From: a virus
Lineage: Duplodnaviria; Caudoviricetes
Virus record (IMG/VR): IMGVR_UViG_3300049009_000874
Span: 96,001-160,000 of that record
Reading direction: 5' to 3' (one strand)
DNA length: 64,000 bases
Part shown: positions 38,586 through 48,789 of the stretch, piece after piece
Numbering within the stretch: position 1 is the first letter of the stretch
Layout: the number at the start of each line of letters is the position of its first letter
Made by a program: the position numbers and the translations under genes
The notes under the pieces: generated by a model
What the model saw: only the letters and a program-made list of their open reading frames with translations
Told to the model about the DNA's origin: nothing
The model's database searches: none

Positions 38586-38688
38586 GATTTATCTACTTCG
38601 GTCGCAAGTTAATTGGAAACATTTATTCGTCATACTTTAACACCAAAACATAGATAAAGTAAAGGAAAACCATCAGGAGACGCAACCG

Positions 38689-39060
38689 ATGACTAGAATT
38701 CTCACATGGATGTGGAACATGTTATTCCCTCAGAGAATGACAGTTTTTTCGCTTGACCAGGCGATTTCCATATTGTCCATCAGAGACAGTCGCTGGCGCA
38801 AGATAAGGGTCAAGCACGTCAAGGAGAACCCGAGGTGCGCGGTTTGCGGAAGCGAAAGAAACCTTTCCGTGCACCATATAGTGCCGGTGCATGTCGACAG
38901 GTCCAAGGAACTTTGCGAGGAGAACCTTATAACCCTGTGCCAGAACAGGACCATGAACTGCCATTTCATATTCGGGCATCTCCTCAACTGGACCAAGAGC
39001 AACCCAAGCGTAGTCGAGGACGCGAAGCTGTGGAGCAAGAAGCTGAGCGAAGCCGCCTAG
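38689..39060 (+). CDS. HNH endonuclease
   Basis: CAVCG...VHHIVP...NLITLC...CH. Confidence 0.9.
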   Translation: MTRILTWMWNMLFPQRMTVFSLDQAISILSIRDSRWRKIRVKHVKENPRCAVCGSERNLSVHHIVPVHVDRSKELCEENLITLCQNRTMNCHFIFGHLLNWTKSNPSVVEDAKLWSKKLSEAA

Positions 39061-39227
39061 CCCTTTTCCATCATGAGCCAGAGGATGATGTAAGCCAGGA
39101 CGCCGACCCCCAAATGCAGGAACATGACGACGAATATCAGCCGTATCCAGAACGGCGAAATGTCGAAATATCTGCCCATGCCGGCGCACACGCCCGCTAG
39201 ATTAGCCCTTTCCATGTCTCTTTTCAT
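39057..39227 (-). CDS. pspC: PspC domain protein (56 aa, not in ORF track)
   Basis: Hand translation MKRDMERANLAGVCAGMGRYFDISPFWIRLIFVVMFLHLGVGVLAYIILWLMMEKG; GAGGTG RBS. Confidence 0.85.
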   Translation of the reverse strand: MKRDMERANLAGVCAGMGRYFDISPFWIRLIFVVMFLHLGVGVLAYIILWLMMEKG

Positions 39228-39317
39228 TTTTCACCTCAAAAATTCAACATATATATGTTTAATCGCCGGAGATATAACTCGCTTATTGACAATTTCACTT
39301 TTTGGGGGGAAACACCA

Positions 39318-39890
39318 ATGATCGCGGAATTCCACGAGATGCTTACGCCAGATGATTGCCAGCTGATAATCGATTACGCGGTCAAGGACCTGAAAGCCCT
39401 TACGGTCGTAGGGTCGGACAACAAGGATAAATTCAGGGTTGGTGACGGAACATGGGTTTACAACCCCATAATGAACTCCGAAGGGATCGACCTGAACCGC
39501 AAGATCCAGCTGATGATATCCGAGAAAACTGGAATACCGGCGGAAAACCAAGAAAAGATACATATAGTCCATTACGGGGTTGGGGGCGAATACAAGCAGC
39601 ACCACGATTTCTTCCACGCCAACGTCGAAGATTACGAGAAACACATATCCAGGGGAGGTCAGAGGTCGTACAGCGCCATTTTCTACCTCAACGATGGCTT
39701 CGAGGGTGGCGAAACCAGGTTCGTCAAGAAGAACATAGACGTGAAGCCTCGCGTCGGGAAGCTGCTTCTCTGGACGAACATGAAGGAAGACAAAACGCCG
39801 GACTACGACTCGCTTCACGCCGGTATGCCAGTTACTTCCGGGGAGAAGTGGATAGCGATCGTGTGGGTAAGGGAGAAAAAGTTCCAGTAG
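39318..39890 (+). CDS. prolyl 4-hydroxylase-like 2OG-Fe(II) oxygenase
   Basis: HHDFF, GGQR..S.IFYLND..EGGET.F, LHAGMPV..GEKW. Confidence 0.92.
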   Translation: MIAEFHEMLTPDDCQLIIDYAVKDLKALTVVGSDNKDKFRVGDGTWVYNPIMNSEGIDLNRKIQLMISEKTGIPAENQEKIHIVHYGVGGEYKQHHDFFHANVEDYEKHISRGGQRSYSAIFYLNDGFEGGETRFVKKNIDVKPRVGKLLLWTNMKEDKTPDYDSLHAGMPVTSGEKWIAIVWVREKKFQ

Positions 39891-39998
39891 ACCGATTTTG
39901 TCAAAAAAAGAAATTTTATTTCCAAAAAAACACAGACCTTTTTCCCGGCACGATACATAAATTGCAGTCCAATTTTCACTTTTCACAAGGAGATTATC

Positions 39999-40952
39999 AT
40001 GGGAGCAACATCAAACGAAGGTGTCGGAATAGGATCGGTAGAGAAATCTTTACCGAAAATCGTAAACGGTGTCGTGAAAAAAGAAAACATACAACAGGGT
40101 AAGATTTTCGAAAACTTTACATCGGATGTAACAATTTCCACAGCAGACGGAACAGTTAATTCTATTGATGCTTCAGACATTACTATCAAAGCTGGTGATG
40201 GATATCCATTAGCGGTTGATCCTCCTGAAGCTGATGCTGATGGTGATGATGCTGATGGTGGTAGTGTTTTCATCTATGCTGGTCACGCTAATGGTGAAGG
40301 AGAAGGTGGAGACATTATTATTTCCGCTGGCAATACTGGCAATGGTCCAGATGCAAATGCTGGAAGTGTAACGATCAGAGGTGGCAATGCAGATGTTGCC
40401 GAAAATTCAGATGCAGGAGGTGTAAACATCTATGGTGGCGATGGATCAAGTGGTACTACTGACAGCGAGGGTGGCGATATTAATATTGAAGCTGGCAATG
40501 CTGGTGGCGATGGGGAGGCTGGTGATGTCCGTATTTATGCTGGCAATAGTGGTAATGGAGATGGCAGCAATGATGATCCAAAAGCAGGTGACATAGAAAT
40601 CATTGCTGGTGATTCACTAGCCACTACAGATTTAAATGGCGGAGATATTACTATCACTTCAGGCAATGGCACTGTTGATGGTCGTGGTGGCGACTTGAGT
40701 TTGACTACCGGCAGTAGTGTTGGCACAGATCGTGCTGGCGATATGTTTCTTACTTGTGGCATTAATAGTGGTGCTGGTAGAAATGGTCATATTTACATTC
40801 AAAGTATGACAAGAATGCCAGTATATGATAATGCTACTGCAAGAGACAATGCTGCTGGTACTCCAACCAACGGTATGTTTTGTTACAACATAGCGACAAC
40901 CAACATAGAAGTCTATGTTGGCGGTATTTGGAGAGCAGTTAATGTGACTTAA
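39999..40952 (+). CDS. Gly-rich beta-repeat protein, probable tail fibre/virion appendage
   Basis: About ten GG[DS][IV].I.AG repeats; C-terminal P.NGMFCYN..T...EVY.GG.W module. Confidence 0.7.
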   Translation: MGATSNEGVGIGSVEKSLPKIVNGVVKKENIQQGKIFENFTSDVTISTADGTVNSIDASDITIKAGDGYPLAVDPPEADADGDDADGGSVFIYAGHANGEGEGGDIIISAGNTGNGPDANAGSVTIRGGNADVAENSDAGGVNIYGGDGSSGTTDSEGGDINIEAGNAGGDGEAGDVRIYAGNSGNGDGSNDDPKAGDIEIIAGDSLATTDLNGGDITITSGNGTVDGRGGDLSLTTGSSVGTDRAGDMFLTCGINSGAGRNGHIYIQSMTRMPVYDNATARDNAAGTPTNGMFCYNIATTNIEVYVGGIWRAVNVT

Positions 40953-40984
40953 GTTGTTTAGTTTCGAATAAATGATTAAATCAG

Positions 40985-41020
40985 AAACTCTTTTCCATTA
41001 ATTTGGAGAAGAGTTTTTTT
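40985..41020. terminator. intrinsic terminator
   Basis: AAACTCTTTTCCA...TGGAGAAGAGTTT plus T-tract. Confidence 0.75.
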
Positions 41021-41079
41021 ATTTTAAAAAAAACATAAATTTTCCCAGAACCATAAATACAGACAAGTCACGGAAGACG

Positions 41080-41322
41080 TCACACGGCGTGCCTTCCCCG
41101 CTTGAGTTTTATTCCCGCCTGCTTCGCTATCTTGACGAGGGTCGGCATGCTTATCGGAAACCTTGACGGTGGCTTGCCCGGATTAATTTTTATGCCAGTT
41201 ATGAGGATCTCGTCGCGTGTCGCCGTCAAACCGCCAGTCGAACGGATCACGTTGATTATCAGCCTGTTTAGCTCGCCCTCCAAGTAAACCGACTTGTTTT
41301 TCGGTCTTCCAATCTTGCTCAT
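41080..41322 (-). CDS. small basic, probably DNA-binding protein
   Basis: KIGRPKNK and KLKRGR AT-hook-like ends; helix PTLVKIAKQAGI. Confidence 0.6.
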   Translation of the reverse strand: MSKIGRPKNKSVYLEGELNRLIINVIRSTGGLTATRDEILITGIKINPGKPPSRFPISMPTLVKIAKQAGIKLKRGRHAV

Positions 41323-41431
41323 GTTTTTTCTCCAACCTAAGGAAAATAAAAAGCTTACAACAATATTCTATACATTTTTTTAAAAAAGTAAAGTAGTTCG
41401 GTGAAAAAACTACAGAAATCCATAAATACAA

Positions 41432-41689
41432 TTGGTTTTAAAAAAAATAAGGTTGCCGATGAAAAAGAAAAGAAACAACAATCTGTTCGACAAAAAGCAA
41501 AAGTACATAGTCGACCAGCAGAAGCGCAAGCTATCGTGCAAGGTCGTTCCCGCGGTCCGCGACACACATGACGATTTCTGGGAGTACGAGGAACAGCTTG
41601 GCGATCAGCGTGCCGAGGAAATGTCGATTTCCTCGGCAAGGACGCTCGGCTTCATGGATTGGCTGAAGAGCCTCATCTTCCGGAAGTGA
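41432..41689 (+). CDS. hypothetical protein
   Basis: CATAAATA upstream; 85 aa. Confidence 0.55.
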   Translation: MVLKKIRLPMKKKRNNNLFDKKQKYIVDQQKRKLSCKVVPAVRDTHDDFWEYEEQLGDQRAEEMSISSARTLGFMDWLKSLIFRK

Positions 41690-41962
41690 TCATTTCCTCT
41701 GCAGCCCCTTGATCGAGAATATTATCGTCGGCAATGACACGAACCTGATCACGCTTATCGGCAGGGTTATCCAAAAGACGCCAACTATGAGCGCCAACAG
41801 ACAAAGCGGCGCGCTCACGTACTTCGGCGCGAAAAACGTGGACGCGTACGCGAACGGACCTGAAAAAACTGCAAGCAAAAACAAAAAGAACACCATCAGC
41901 GCCAAGCTCTCCATGTGACTATGTAGTATTTTTTCGATTAAAGAACCGAGGAATCCATTCAT
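41690..41962 (-). CDS. small membrane protein
   Basis: Hydrophobic helices; ATGA coupling. Confidence 0.55.
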   Translation of the reverse strand: MNGFLGSLIEKILHSHMESLALMVFFLFLLAVFSGPFAYASTFFAPKYVSAPLCLLALIVGVFWITLPISVIRFVSLPTIIFSIKGLQRK

Positions 41963-42555
41963 GAAAGCATGAGAAGATTTCCTTGCTTGATTATTCGAGC
42001 CTGCCCATCTTTGACGTACCTTGGTTTTTCTGTTTTGTCTGAGAAGAATTCATCAACTGCCTTCGTGACGCCTTCGCAATGGTGATCTAAGTAATCATCT
42101 AAAACTATGATTCCACCAATAGTCATCCTTGTATAGAAGAAAGAAATGCAGTCCATGGTGCATTTGTACATGTCTACGTCCAGATGAACGAGGGAGAATG
42201 TTTCTTCGTTGATTTCCTCATGGTTTTGTTCTGGGAAAATGCCTTTGAAAACATGGATGTTCTTGAAGCTTTCGAATTGTTTTTTGATTTCATCAAAGGA
42301 AGAACCCCTGAAGTCGCCCTTGTTGAAAAAATTGTCATGTTGTGATTTTTCGTAGGGAAGTCCTTCGAAGGTGTCGAACAAGAAGAGGCTTTTCCCGCTT
42401 CTCATCGAATTGTTTATTATCTCGGCGCTTCCGCCCTTGTAAACCCCAACCTCCGCTAAATTCCCCGGCAGTCTGTTGGACATCTCCACGCAATCGCGAA
42501 GAGATGATTTTTTTGAATTCGAAAGTAAGCTTGACATAGATTTCCTCCTTGACAT
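41959..42555 (-). CDS. TylF/MycF (macrocin-type) O-methyltransferase
   Basis: AEVGVYKGGS, FDTFEGLP, VHLDVDMY, GGIIVLDDY. Confidence 0.92.
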   Translation of the reverse strand: MSRRKSMSSLLSNSKKSSLRDCVEMSNRLPGNLAEVGVYKGGSAEIINNSMRSGKSLFLFDTFEGLPYEKSQHDNFFNKGDFRGSSFDEIKKQFESFKNIHVFKGIFPEQNHEEINEETFSLVHLDVDMYKCTMDCISFFYTRMTIGGIIVLDDYLDHHCEGVTKAVDEFFSDKTEKPRYVKDGQARIIKQGNLLMLS

Positions 42556-42639
42556 CTACTGGTTATATAGCCAAACATGCGCGCTAATTGAAGAATAAAA
42601 AACCGCCACGGCGACTAAATAACACAAAGGGAGAATGTC

Positions 42640-44907
42640 ATGAATTTCAGGGATTACATAGATTGCGCGTGTTTCAGCAGCATGATGCTGAACCTGACCG
42701 AGGCTGTAGCGAACATAGACGCCCATCAGCCGCTGGACGGCTATTGGGACAGCATCACGAAGAGCGGCGGCGTCTACAGGTTCAACGTCCACGGCGACGG
42801 ATGCGAAGATTCCTCGAGCAACGCGCATGGACCGCCGGACCCGCGGAGGATGCGGCACCCGTTGAAGCCATGCTCCTGCTATTCCCCCAGAGACGACAGG
42901 AACCCTACGTGCTACAAGGTGACCATCTACGGAGAGGTAGAAAAAGGCATAGCGTTCTCCAGGGGGGAAGGATCTGGGGTGTACAACGACACGCACATGA
43001 ACGTGGGAGACGAAGTGTTCAAGGGGGTCCTCAAGGCGCTGAAGGAATACATCGAAAAACACGAGCCGTACTCCATCTCATGGAGTCCCGTAAGCAAAAC
43101 ATCCTACAGCCCAGCATCGATGTCGGTCACAAGGTACGCCGGGAAAGAGACTGATACCCAGAGCGATATAGACCGGGAGAACGAGAGGCTCAAAGACCTC
43201 TACATGCAAAAGACACGAAGAGCCAGAGAGGGCGTTTACGACTCATGGTGCGTCAACAACCTTTTCCCCGAGAGATATGTCGGCATCTCCGAAACCCAAT
43301 GGGTGAGGAGAGACATATACGACGACAAGCTCGTGCCGATCGGTTACCCGAAAATACCAAAGAGGGTAGAGACGATGAGGCACTATGTCGACGACCATGG
43401 AAATCCGATATCCGACGACAGGCTGCGGCAACTCAAGGATTCCCACCCGAGCTACAGACCAAAGAGGAAAACCATAGTCTCCCAGTGGGGAGACGAAAGG
43501 CGAGACGTCGACCACCTCAGGAACAGCGACTACATGCTTGACCTCAAGGGAAATCCGATAGAGCCACACGACTTGAAAATAGACTCCAATTCAGCCGCGA
43601 AAACAGCCGTCATCGACGAGATCAGGAAAAATGGTGACAGCAAAGAAATGAGAGACAAGCTTCGCGCGGTAAAAAACGATCTGCAAGATCAATATGCACG
43701 AGAGTCCAGGGCTCAGGCGGACAGGGAAAGGGAGGAAGCCGCGCAGAGTCTCGTATCCAGCCCTGAACACAACCCGAACGGGCTTCGGGTCGGCGACCAT
43801 GTCCTCATGTTGAGCAGGTTCGCCAGTTCAAGCGACCCGACGATGGTCTACAAGATAAAGTCGTTCAGGGCAGACAGGGGCGGCGACCTTCTGATCGTCA
43901 TGCTGCGCAAGCAGAAAGACCTTGATTCGGAAGAGTTCGATGAAGACGAGGACAACTTGACGACATCCTACGCGACGAGGCTGGAGAAGGTCGACTCTTT
44001 GAGCCGCCACATAGAAAGGCACAAGGAAAGGCTGAACGGCATGATCGCAGACCGAAACCTCAATCCGAAAGGACTCAATGTCGGCGATGACGTCATCATA
44101 ACTGGATCGTCGTGGGAGTCGGCGCCGGATGTGATATTCGGCAAGATAACAAAGATCGCGATCAAGAGAAACCCTTATTCGAATCAAATGACCCTCGACG
44201 CGACCGTGAAGACCGGAGACGTGACTATGAATCGAACGCTTGACTCGGGAGACATCGAAAAGTCTACCCCGGAGAGAGCCGCGGAACTGAAGAAGAAGAA
44301 GCGCGCCGCCGAGGTCGAGAGTTCGATGAGGAGGAGAGTCAACAGGACACCGAACATCGAAGATCTAGGCGTGCACCTGACCAGTCACCCGACCAACGTA
44401 GGCAACCTAGCCCCGGGCGACCACGTCAAGGGAAGGACTTATGGGGCAAACTGGAGCGGCATTCTCGTCAGACTGATAGAGCCTGCTTACGAAGGAAGTG
44501 AAGTTATGGCTGAGGTCAAGATAACTCACCAACCCATCGGGACCAAGCTCGCGAGGAGCAGGAAGATCGTGATTCTATTGTCCAGAATGGAAAAGGACAC
44601 GTCTCCGGAGGCTCAGGAAAGGGCGCAGGTTTCACAGCGCGAGATAGAGAGGCTTCGGACCATATCCGCCGGGGCGGGAAGCCTTAGGGTAGGAGACCAC
44701 GTCACGGTGGATGGCGGTCCGCACAGGGGCAAGATAGGCAGGATCATCGGCTTCATGCAGAACAGGAGCAACGTCAACGCCATCGTGGCGAATCTGGATC
44801 CCGAATCGACGCCAAGCCAGTTCAGCACCAAAACCTCGTTCCTGAGGGTCTCGAGCGGTTTCGCCGAGTGGTTCTCCTTGCGTGTCGCAAGAAGGGTAAA
44901 GCGATGA
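42640..44907 (+). CDS. large protein with four KOW/SH3-like repeats and putative head-targeting leader
   Basis: LRVGDHV, LNVGDDV, LAPGDHV, LRVGDHVTVDGGPHRGKIGRI; leader MNFRDYI. Confidence 0.8.
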   Translation: MNFRDYIDCACFSSMMLNLTEAVANIDAHQPLDGYWDSITKSGGVYRFNVHGDGCEDSSSNAHGPPDPRRMRHPLKPCSCYSPRDDRNPTCYKVTIYGEVEKGIAFSRGEGSGVYNDTHMNVGDEVFKGVLKALKEYIEKHEPYSISWSPVSKTSYSPASMSVTRYAGKETDTQSDIDRENERLKDLYMQKTRRAREGVYDSWCVNNLFPERYVGISETQWVRRDIYDDKLVPIGYPKIPKRVETMRHYVDDHGNPISDDRLRQLKDSHPSYRPKRKTIVSQWGDERRDVDHLRNSDYMLDLKGNPIEPHDLKIDSNSAAKTAVIDEIRKNGDSKEMRDKLRAVKNDLQDQYARESRAQADREREEAAQSLVSSPEHNPNGLRVGDHVLMLSRFASSSDPTMVYKIKSFRADRGGDLLIVMLRKQKDLDSEEFDEDEDNLTTSYATRLEKVDSLSRHIERHKERLNGMIADRNLNPKGLNVGDDVIITGSSWESAPDVIFGKITKIAIKRNPYSNQMTLDATVKTGDVTMNRTLDSGDIEKSTPERAAELKKKKRAAEVESSMRRRVNRTPNIEDLGVHLTSHPTNVGNLAPGDHVKGRTYGANWSGILVRLIEPAYEGSEVMAEVKITHQPIGTKLARSRKIVILLSRMEKDTSPEAQERAQVSQREIERLRTISAGAGSLRVGDHVTVDGGPHRGKIGRIIGFMQNRSNVNAIVANLDPESTPSQFSTKTSFLRVSSGFAEWFSLRVARRVKR

Positions 44908-45815
44908 AATTCAAGGAATGGTTTGTAGTCAATGAACTCCTATCGGTCGACCAGACGCCGATCGATTTCGAGCCGCACGATTATGGCGGCGGCGTGCAGA
45001 TGGGAAAGGAGTTCGAGACCGAGGACGGCACGTTCGTGGTCATCATGAAGGGGAGCGACATTCCCGGAGAATACTCTCGTGTGTTCCCGGACAACAGGAA
45101 TCTCGGCGAGCACGAGGCTATGGTCGACATCATACTCCAGAAGAAAAAAGGACCGGGCATCAGTTACTCGCTCCAGAAGAAGAGCAAGGACCCGTTCAAG
45201 GTCTACTCCAAGGTCGCGTCCATAGTCAACTCCTACATCGAGCAGTTCAAGCCGATGATGCTGAAGTTCAACGCCTTCGAGCCTGAAATGGAACCGATAT
45301 ACAATATCCTGTACAGGAAGCTCCTTTCGAAAAAATACAAGCTCGTCCCAGCTTCTGGTGACGACAAGGAATTGAACTACAGGTATTTCATGGTGTCGGA
45401 CGCTGCGGACAAGGTCGACATTGGCTCAAGGGCTGAAGCCGAAAGGTCATGGGGGTCGGACATCGAAGGAATCAGGAAGGAAAAGATCAAACAGAATGAT
45501 TTCAGGAGAATCGTGAAGCCAAATCTGGGAGACAGATTCATCCTGAATAAAGACTCGAAGCCGACCGATCCAAGGATCGCGCGAAAAATGTTTGGAGCTG
45601 AAGCCATCTTCAGGTCAACCTTGGAAAGACCAAGCAGGCTTCCAGTAATGAGCATGAATCCAGGGGAAACTTGCGTCATTGAGTTCCTTTCTACTCCCGA
45701 ACTACCGTCTGTTTTCGTGGCTTTCAAGGATATAGTCCACCACAGGATTTCGTCGGAATCCAAGCCCATATACACAAACAAGCCAGACGACCCGGGCAGG
45801 GTCGTGGGTGATTAA
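44904..45815 (+). CDS. hypothetical protein with putative head-targeting leader
   Basis: MKFKEWFVVNE; shares a domain with 42640, 49645, 51363. Confidence 0.75.
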   Translation: MKFKEWFVVNELLSVDQTPIDFEPHDYGGGVQMGKEFETEDGTFVVIMKGSDIPGEYSRVFPDNRNLGEHEAMVDIILQKKKGPGISYSLQKKSKDPFKVYSKVASIVNSYIEQFKPMMLKFNAFEPEMEPIYNILYRKLLSKKYKLVPASGDDKELNYRYFMVSDAADKVDIGSRAEAERSWGSDIEGIRKEKIKQNDFRRIVKPNLGDRFILNKDSKPTDPRIARKMFGAEAIFRSTLERPSRLPVMSMNPGETCVIEFLSTPELPSVFVAFKDIVHHRISSESKPIYTNKPDDPGRVVGD

Positions 45816-45834
45816 GACACAAAAGGAAACTAAA

Positions 45835-46101
45835 ATGAGAAGATTCGCCCAATACCTAGAAGAGAGAGACCCGAGATTGCATGGTCGGATCGTCGACGAG
45901 GGAATAGCCAAATGGGTCGGGGACAAGGCTAAAGGGGTTTGGAAGGGTGCCAAGAAGAAATTGCAATCGGCGAAAAACGTCGTTCAATCAGCGAAAGCCC
46001 TAGCCGGTGAAGCCGGCGAAGCGCTCAGGGGAGTGACTGACCGGTGGGCTGCGAAAAAACAAGGCGGATACGAGTATGAGGCAAATCCAGAGAACTGGTG
46101 A
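45835..46101 (+). CDS. small basic protein with putative head-targeting leader
   Basis: MRRFAQYLEERD...IVDEG; AAGGA RBS. Confidence 0.7.
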   Translation: MRRFAQYLEERDPRLHGRIVDEGIAKWVGDKAKGVWKGAKKKLQSAKNVVQSAKALAGEAGEALRGVTDRWAAKKQGGYEYEANPENW

Positions 46102-46134
46102 GAACGAATTTGGACCCTGGGCACGCCCGAGGAG

Positions 46135-46587
46135 CTAGATGTCTTCCTCGAGGCGAACGAGTCCGGAAAGGAAAGCCAAGGTCGTTTCCTCCCTTGAACC
46201 GCCATAGTGCTTGCGGAGCACCTCGCCGAAGACGCCGTCGCCGAAATGGTCGAACAGGGTCATGGAAGCCATGAGCTTCCCGGCGTCTACCTTGCCAAGC
46301 ATTTCCGTCACGTCTGCGTCGGACTCCGCCACTACCAGGCTGCACTCCCTCAGCCTTGAGCCGAGGACTGGGTGCGAAAGGTAAGCCTCGGCTTCCTCGA
46401 GGCTCGATATGCCGTAGAACCTCGAGGTCCGGCTGACGCACAAAGGAAGCACCTGGGGGAAAACGTACCACATCCAGTGGCTTTCCTTCTTCCCTCGCCT
46501 TAACTCCAGCAGAGCCTCGCGGTAGTTGAATTCCTGGGCTTCCAGGAACCTCTCCAGATCGTATTTGTTCGAGACACTCAATGGCAC
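46135..46587 (-). CDS. DUF1810 family protein
   Basis: DLERFLEAQ, ELRRGKKESHWMWYVFPQ, HPVLGSRL, SMTLF. Confidence 0.92.
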   Translation of the reverse strand: MPLSVSNKYDLERFLEAQEFNYREALLELRRGKKESHWMWYVFPQVLPLCVSRTSRFYGISSLEEAEAYLSHPVLGSRLRECSLVVAESDADVTEMLGKVDAGKLMASMTLFDHFGDGVFGEVLRKHYGGSREETTLAFLSGLVRLEEDI

Positions 46588-46621
46588 ATCCTTTCTACAT
46601 GTTTCAGACTATCATATATTT

Positions 46622-47371
46622 GTGGAAAATCAAACGAACCAATCCGAAAACCAGAGACCCAGCTTGAGGCGCGCTCCTAGTTTCGTCATAATGACGCACC
46701 CGAGGACGGGAAGCGAGCTTCTCTCGCAGTCGCTCAACCTGCACCCGGACCTCAAGGTCCTAGGCGAGCCATTGAACCCCAATCGCCGAGAGTTGAGCCT
46801 GGCTTCGGAAAGCGTCCCGTACTTCGGACCGATGAGGGTCATGCGCTACGTCCAGAGCGAGGAACTGAAGGCGAGCTTCGAATCCATGATGTCGGCGAGC
46901 AACGGGATGAAGATAGTCTACGAGCAAATAACCGCCTCGTCGCCCGTGACTGGCTGGCTGGCTGGGAACAAGGGCGTGAAGGTGATATTCATGCGGAGAA
47001 ACCCAGCCCACAGCGCCATGTCCTACTGGTTCGCCAGGAAGAGCAACGTGTGGCAGAATCGGCACAGGGACGAGCCTGACTTCGTCGACCCTGACTTCGT
47101 CGAGGATTTCTGCGAGGCTTCCATGAGGGACCACGCCTCGTACTCCAGGGTTTTCCGTGACCACGAGACCTTCGACATGACCTATGATGGCATGGTTTCG
47201 GACTGGTCCGGCTCGGTCGGTCGAGTCCTCGGGTTCATAGGGGCGGAAACGGTCGACCTCCCGAAATACACCACCAAGAGGACAGACCGTCTCGAGAAAA
47301 TAGTCGTCAACTACGAGGAGTGCATGTGCAGAGCGAAAAAATACCTGGCAAGATCCATTTTGTTTGGCTAG
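46622..47371 (+). CDS. Stf0-like sulfotransferase (start uncertain)
   Basis: FVIMTHPRTGS.LL..SLNLHP...GE, RRN....AMS, TYD. Confidence 0.82.
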   Translation: MENQTNQSENQRPSLRRAPSFVIMTHPRTGSELLSQSLNLHPDLKVLGEPLNPNRRELSLASESVPYFGPMRVMRYVQSEELKASFESMMSASNGMKIVYEQITASSPVTGWLAGNKGVKVIFMRRNPAHSAMSYWFARKSNVWQNRHRDEPDFVDPDFVEDFCEASMRDHASYSRVFRDHETFDMTYDGMVSDWSGSVGRVLGFIGAETVDLPKYTTKRTDRLEKIVVNYEECMCRAKKYLARSILFG

Positions 47372-48747
47372 GAAGCAAGATCCCGGAGAAATATGTCGAC
47401 AACATAAACCATTGCGCCGACCACAACCGGGGGATGCAGGTCAACCTCTGGACCGACGACATCTCCAGCAACGCCAAGAACGCGACAACCAGGATCGTTA
47501 AGACCGAGAACCCAAGATTCCACGAAGAGACGAACATGGCTGCCAAGGCTGACGTCTTGAGGTACGAGATAATCAGTTCCGAGGGCGGCATATATTCCGA
47601 CGTCGACTCGATATACCTAAGGTCCTTTGACTCGGACATCATGAAGAAGCCGTTCGTCAGCCACACCTTCGATCCGTGGAACAACCTAACGAACGCGGTG
47701 TTCGGATTCCCAGCCGGTCACGAGTTCATGGGGTTCGTGGTCGAGTCGCTGCGGCACAGCAGGCTGGAAAGCGACATAACCCGCCGGACCGGACCTGACT
47801 TCTTCACGTCGTGCTACCGGAGATACAGGGGAGACGAATCTTCCGCGTGGAGGAATTTCTGCTCCAGAGACCCATGGTGCGTCCACCAGGACAAGCTCGT
47901 GTATCCGAAGCGTTCCGCCGAGGAGAACCGCAAGGTTTGGTATTCGTTCCACACCAACGACGCCTCTTGGTCAACCAAGAAGCCGATTCCGAGATCCAGA
48001 CCGAAGGTGTCCTACTGCACGTCCATAAGGAACAGGCTAGGTTTCCTCAAGGAGACCCTACCCCAGAACCTGATGGACGCCAGGGTTGATTCCGAATTCG
48101 TCGTCCTCGACTATGGCTCGTCAGACGGTCTCTCGGAATGGATAAGACCATACGTCAGCAACGGTCTCGTCCAGTATTTCCAAGCCCACGACCAGAAGTT
48201 CTGGCGCAACTCTCACGCCAAGAACGTGGCTGCCTGGTGCGCCACAGGGGGCATCGTGTGCAACGTGGACGCCGACAACTACATAACAAGGGGCTTCCAC
48301 GAGCATGTCGTGGGAAACGCCGAAAAAGGTAGGGCTCTCAGTTCGCCTCCGGGTCTGAGGGGGGTCACGGGAAGGATAGCCTGCCACAAGACCGACTTCC
48401 TGGCTTCCGGCGGCTACAACGAGAGATTCAGTTTCGGCTGGGGTTGCGAGGACATAGACCTCGTGACAAGGCTCAGGTTCATGGGCGTCGACTTCAAGTA
48501 CATACCGATGGCGTATCTCGAGCACATAGACCACGATGACTCGATCAGGTCTTCTGAGTCCGAGGACAGGTCGATCTCGTCGTCGAGGTCGAAGAGCCAC
48601 AGGATAATGGAGGAGTGTCTGAAAAGATGCGAGTACGTATCGAACTCCAACCAGCAGAAATGCGGTCATTCGAGGCTCACGAGGAACTATGTCGAGGAGA
48701 TCCGTTCTGGATGGAACCCTAGGACGGAACTCTTAAAACTTCCGTGA
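47320..48747 (+). CDS. bifunctional glycosyltransferase (GT32-like DxD domain fused to GT2/GT7-like domain)
   Basis: IPGKIHFVWLG, ADVLRYEI...GGIYSDVD, TGP; then LDYGSSD, NVDADN, GGYNERF..GWGCED.D. Confidence 0.88.
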   Translation: MHVQSEKIPGKIHFVWLGSKIPEKYVDNINHCADHNRGMQVNLWTDDISSNAKNATTRIVKTENPRFHEETNMAAKADVLRYEIISSEGGIYSDVDSIYLRSFDSDIMKKPFVSHTFDPWNNLTNAVFGFPAGHEFMGFVVESLRHSRLESDITRRTGPDFFTSCYRRYRGDESSAWRNFCSRDPWCVHQDKLVYPKRSAEENRKVWYSFHTNDASWSTKKPIPRSRPKVSYCTSIRNRLGFLKETLPQNLMDARVDSEFVVLDYGSSDGLSEWIRPYVSNGLVQYFQAHDQKFWRNSHAKNVAAWCATGGIVCNVDADNYITRGFHEHVVGNAEKGRALSSPPGLRGVTGRIACHKTDFLASGGYNERFSFGWGCEDIDLVTRLRFMGVDFKYIPMAYLEHIDHDDSIRSSESEDRSISSSRSKSHRIMEECLKRCEYVSNSNQQKCGHSRLTRNYVEEIRSGWNPRTELLKLP

Positions 48748-48789
48748 TATCCTGGGCGAAAACGATACATAGCTTAAAGGGGAAAAACT

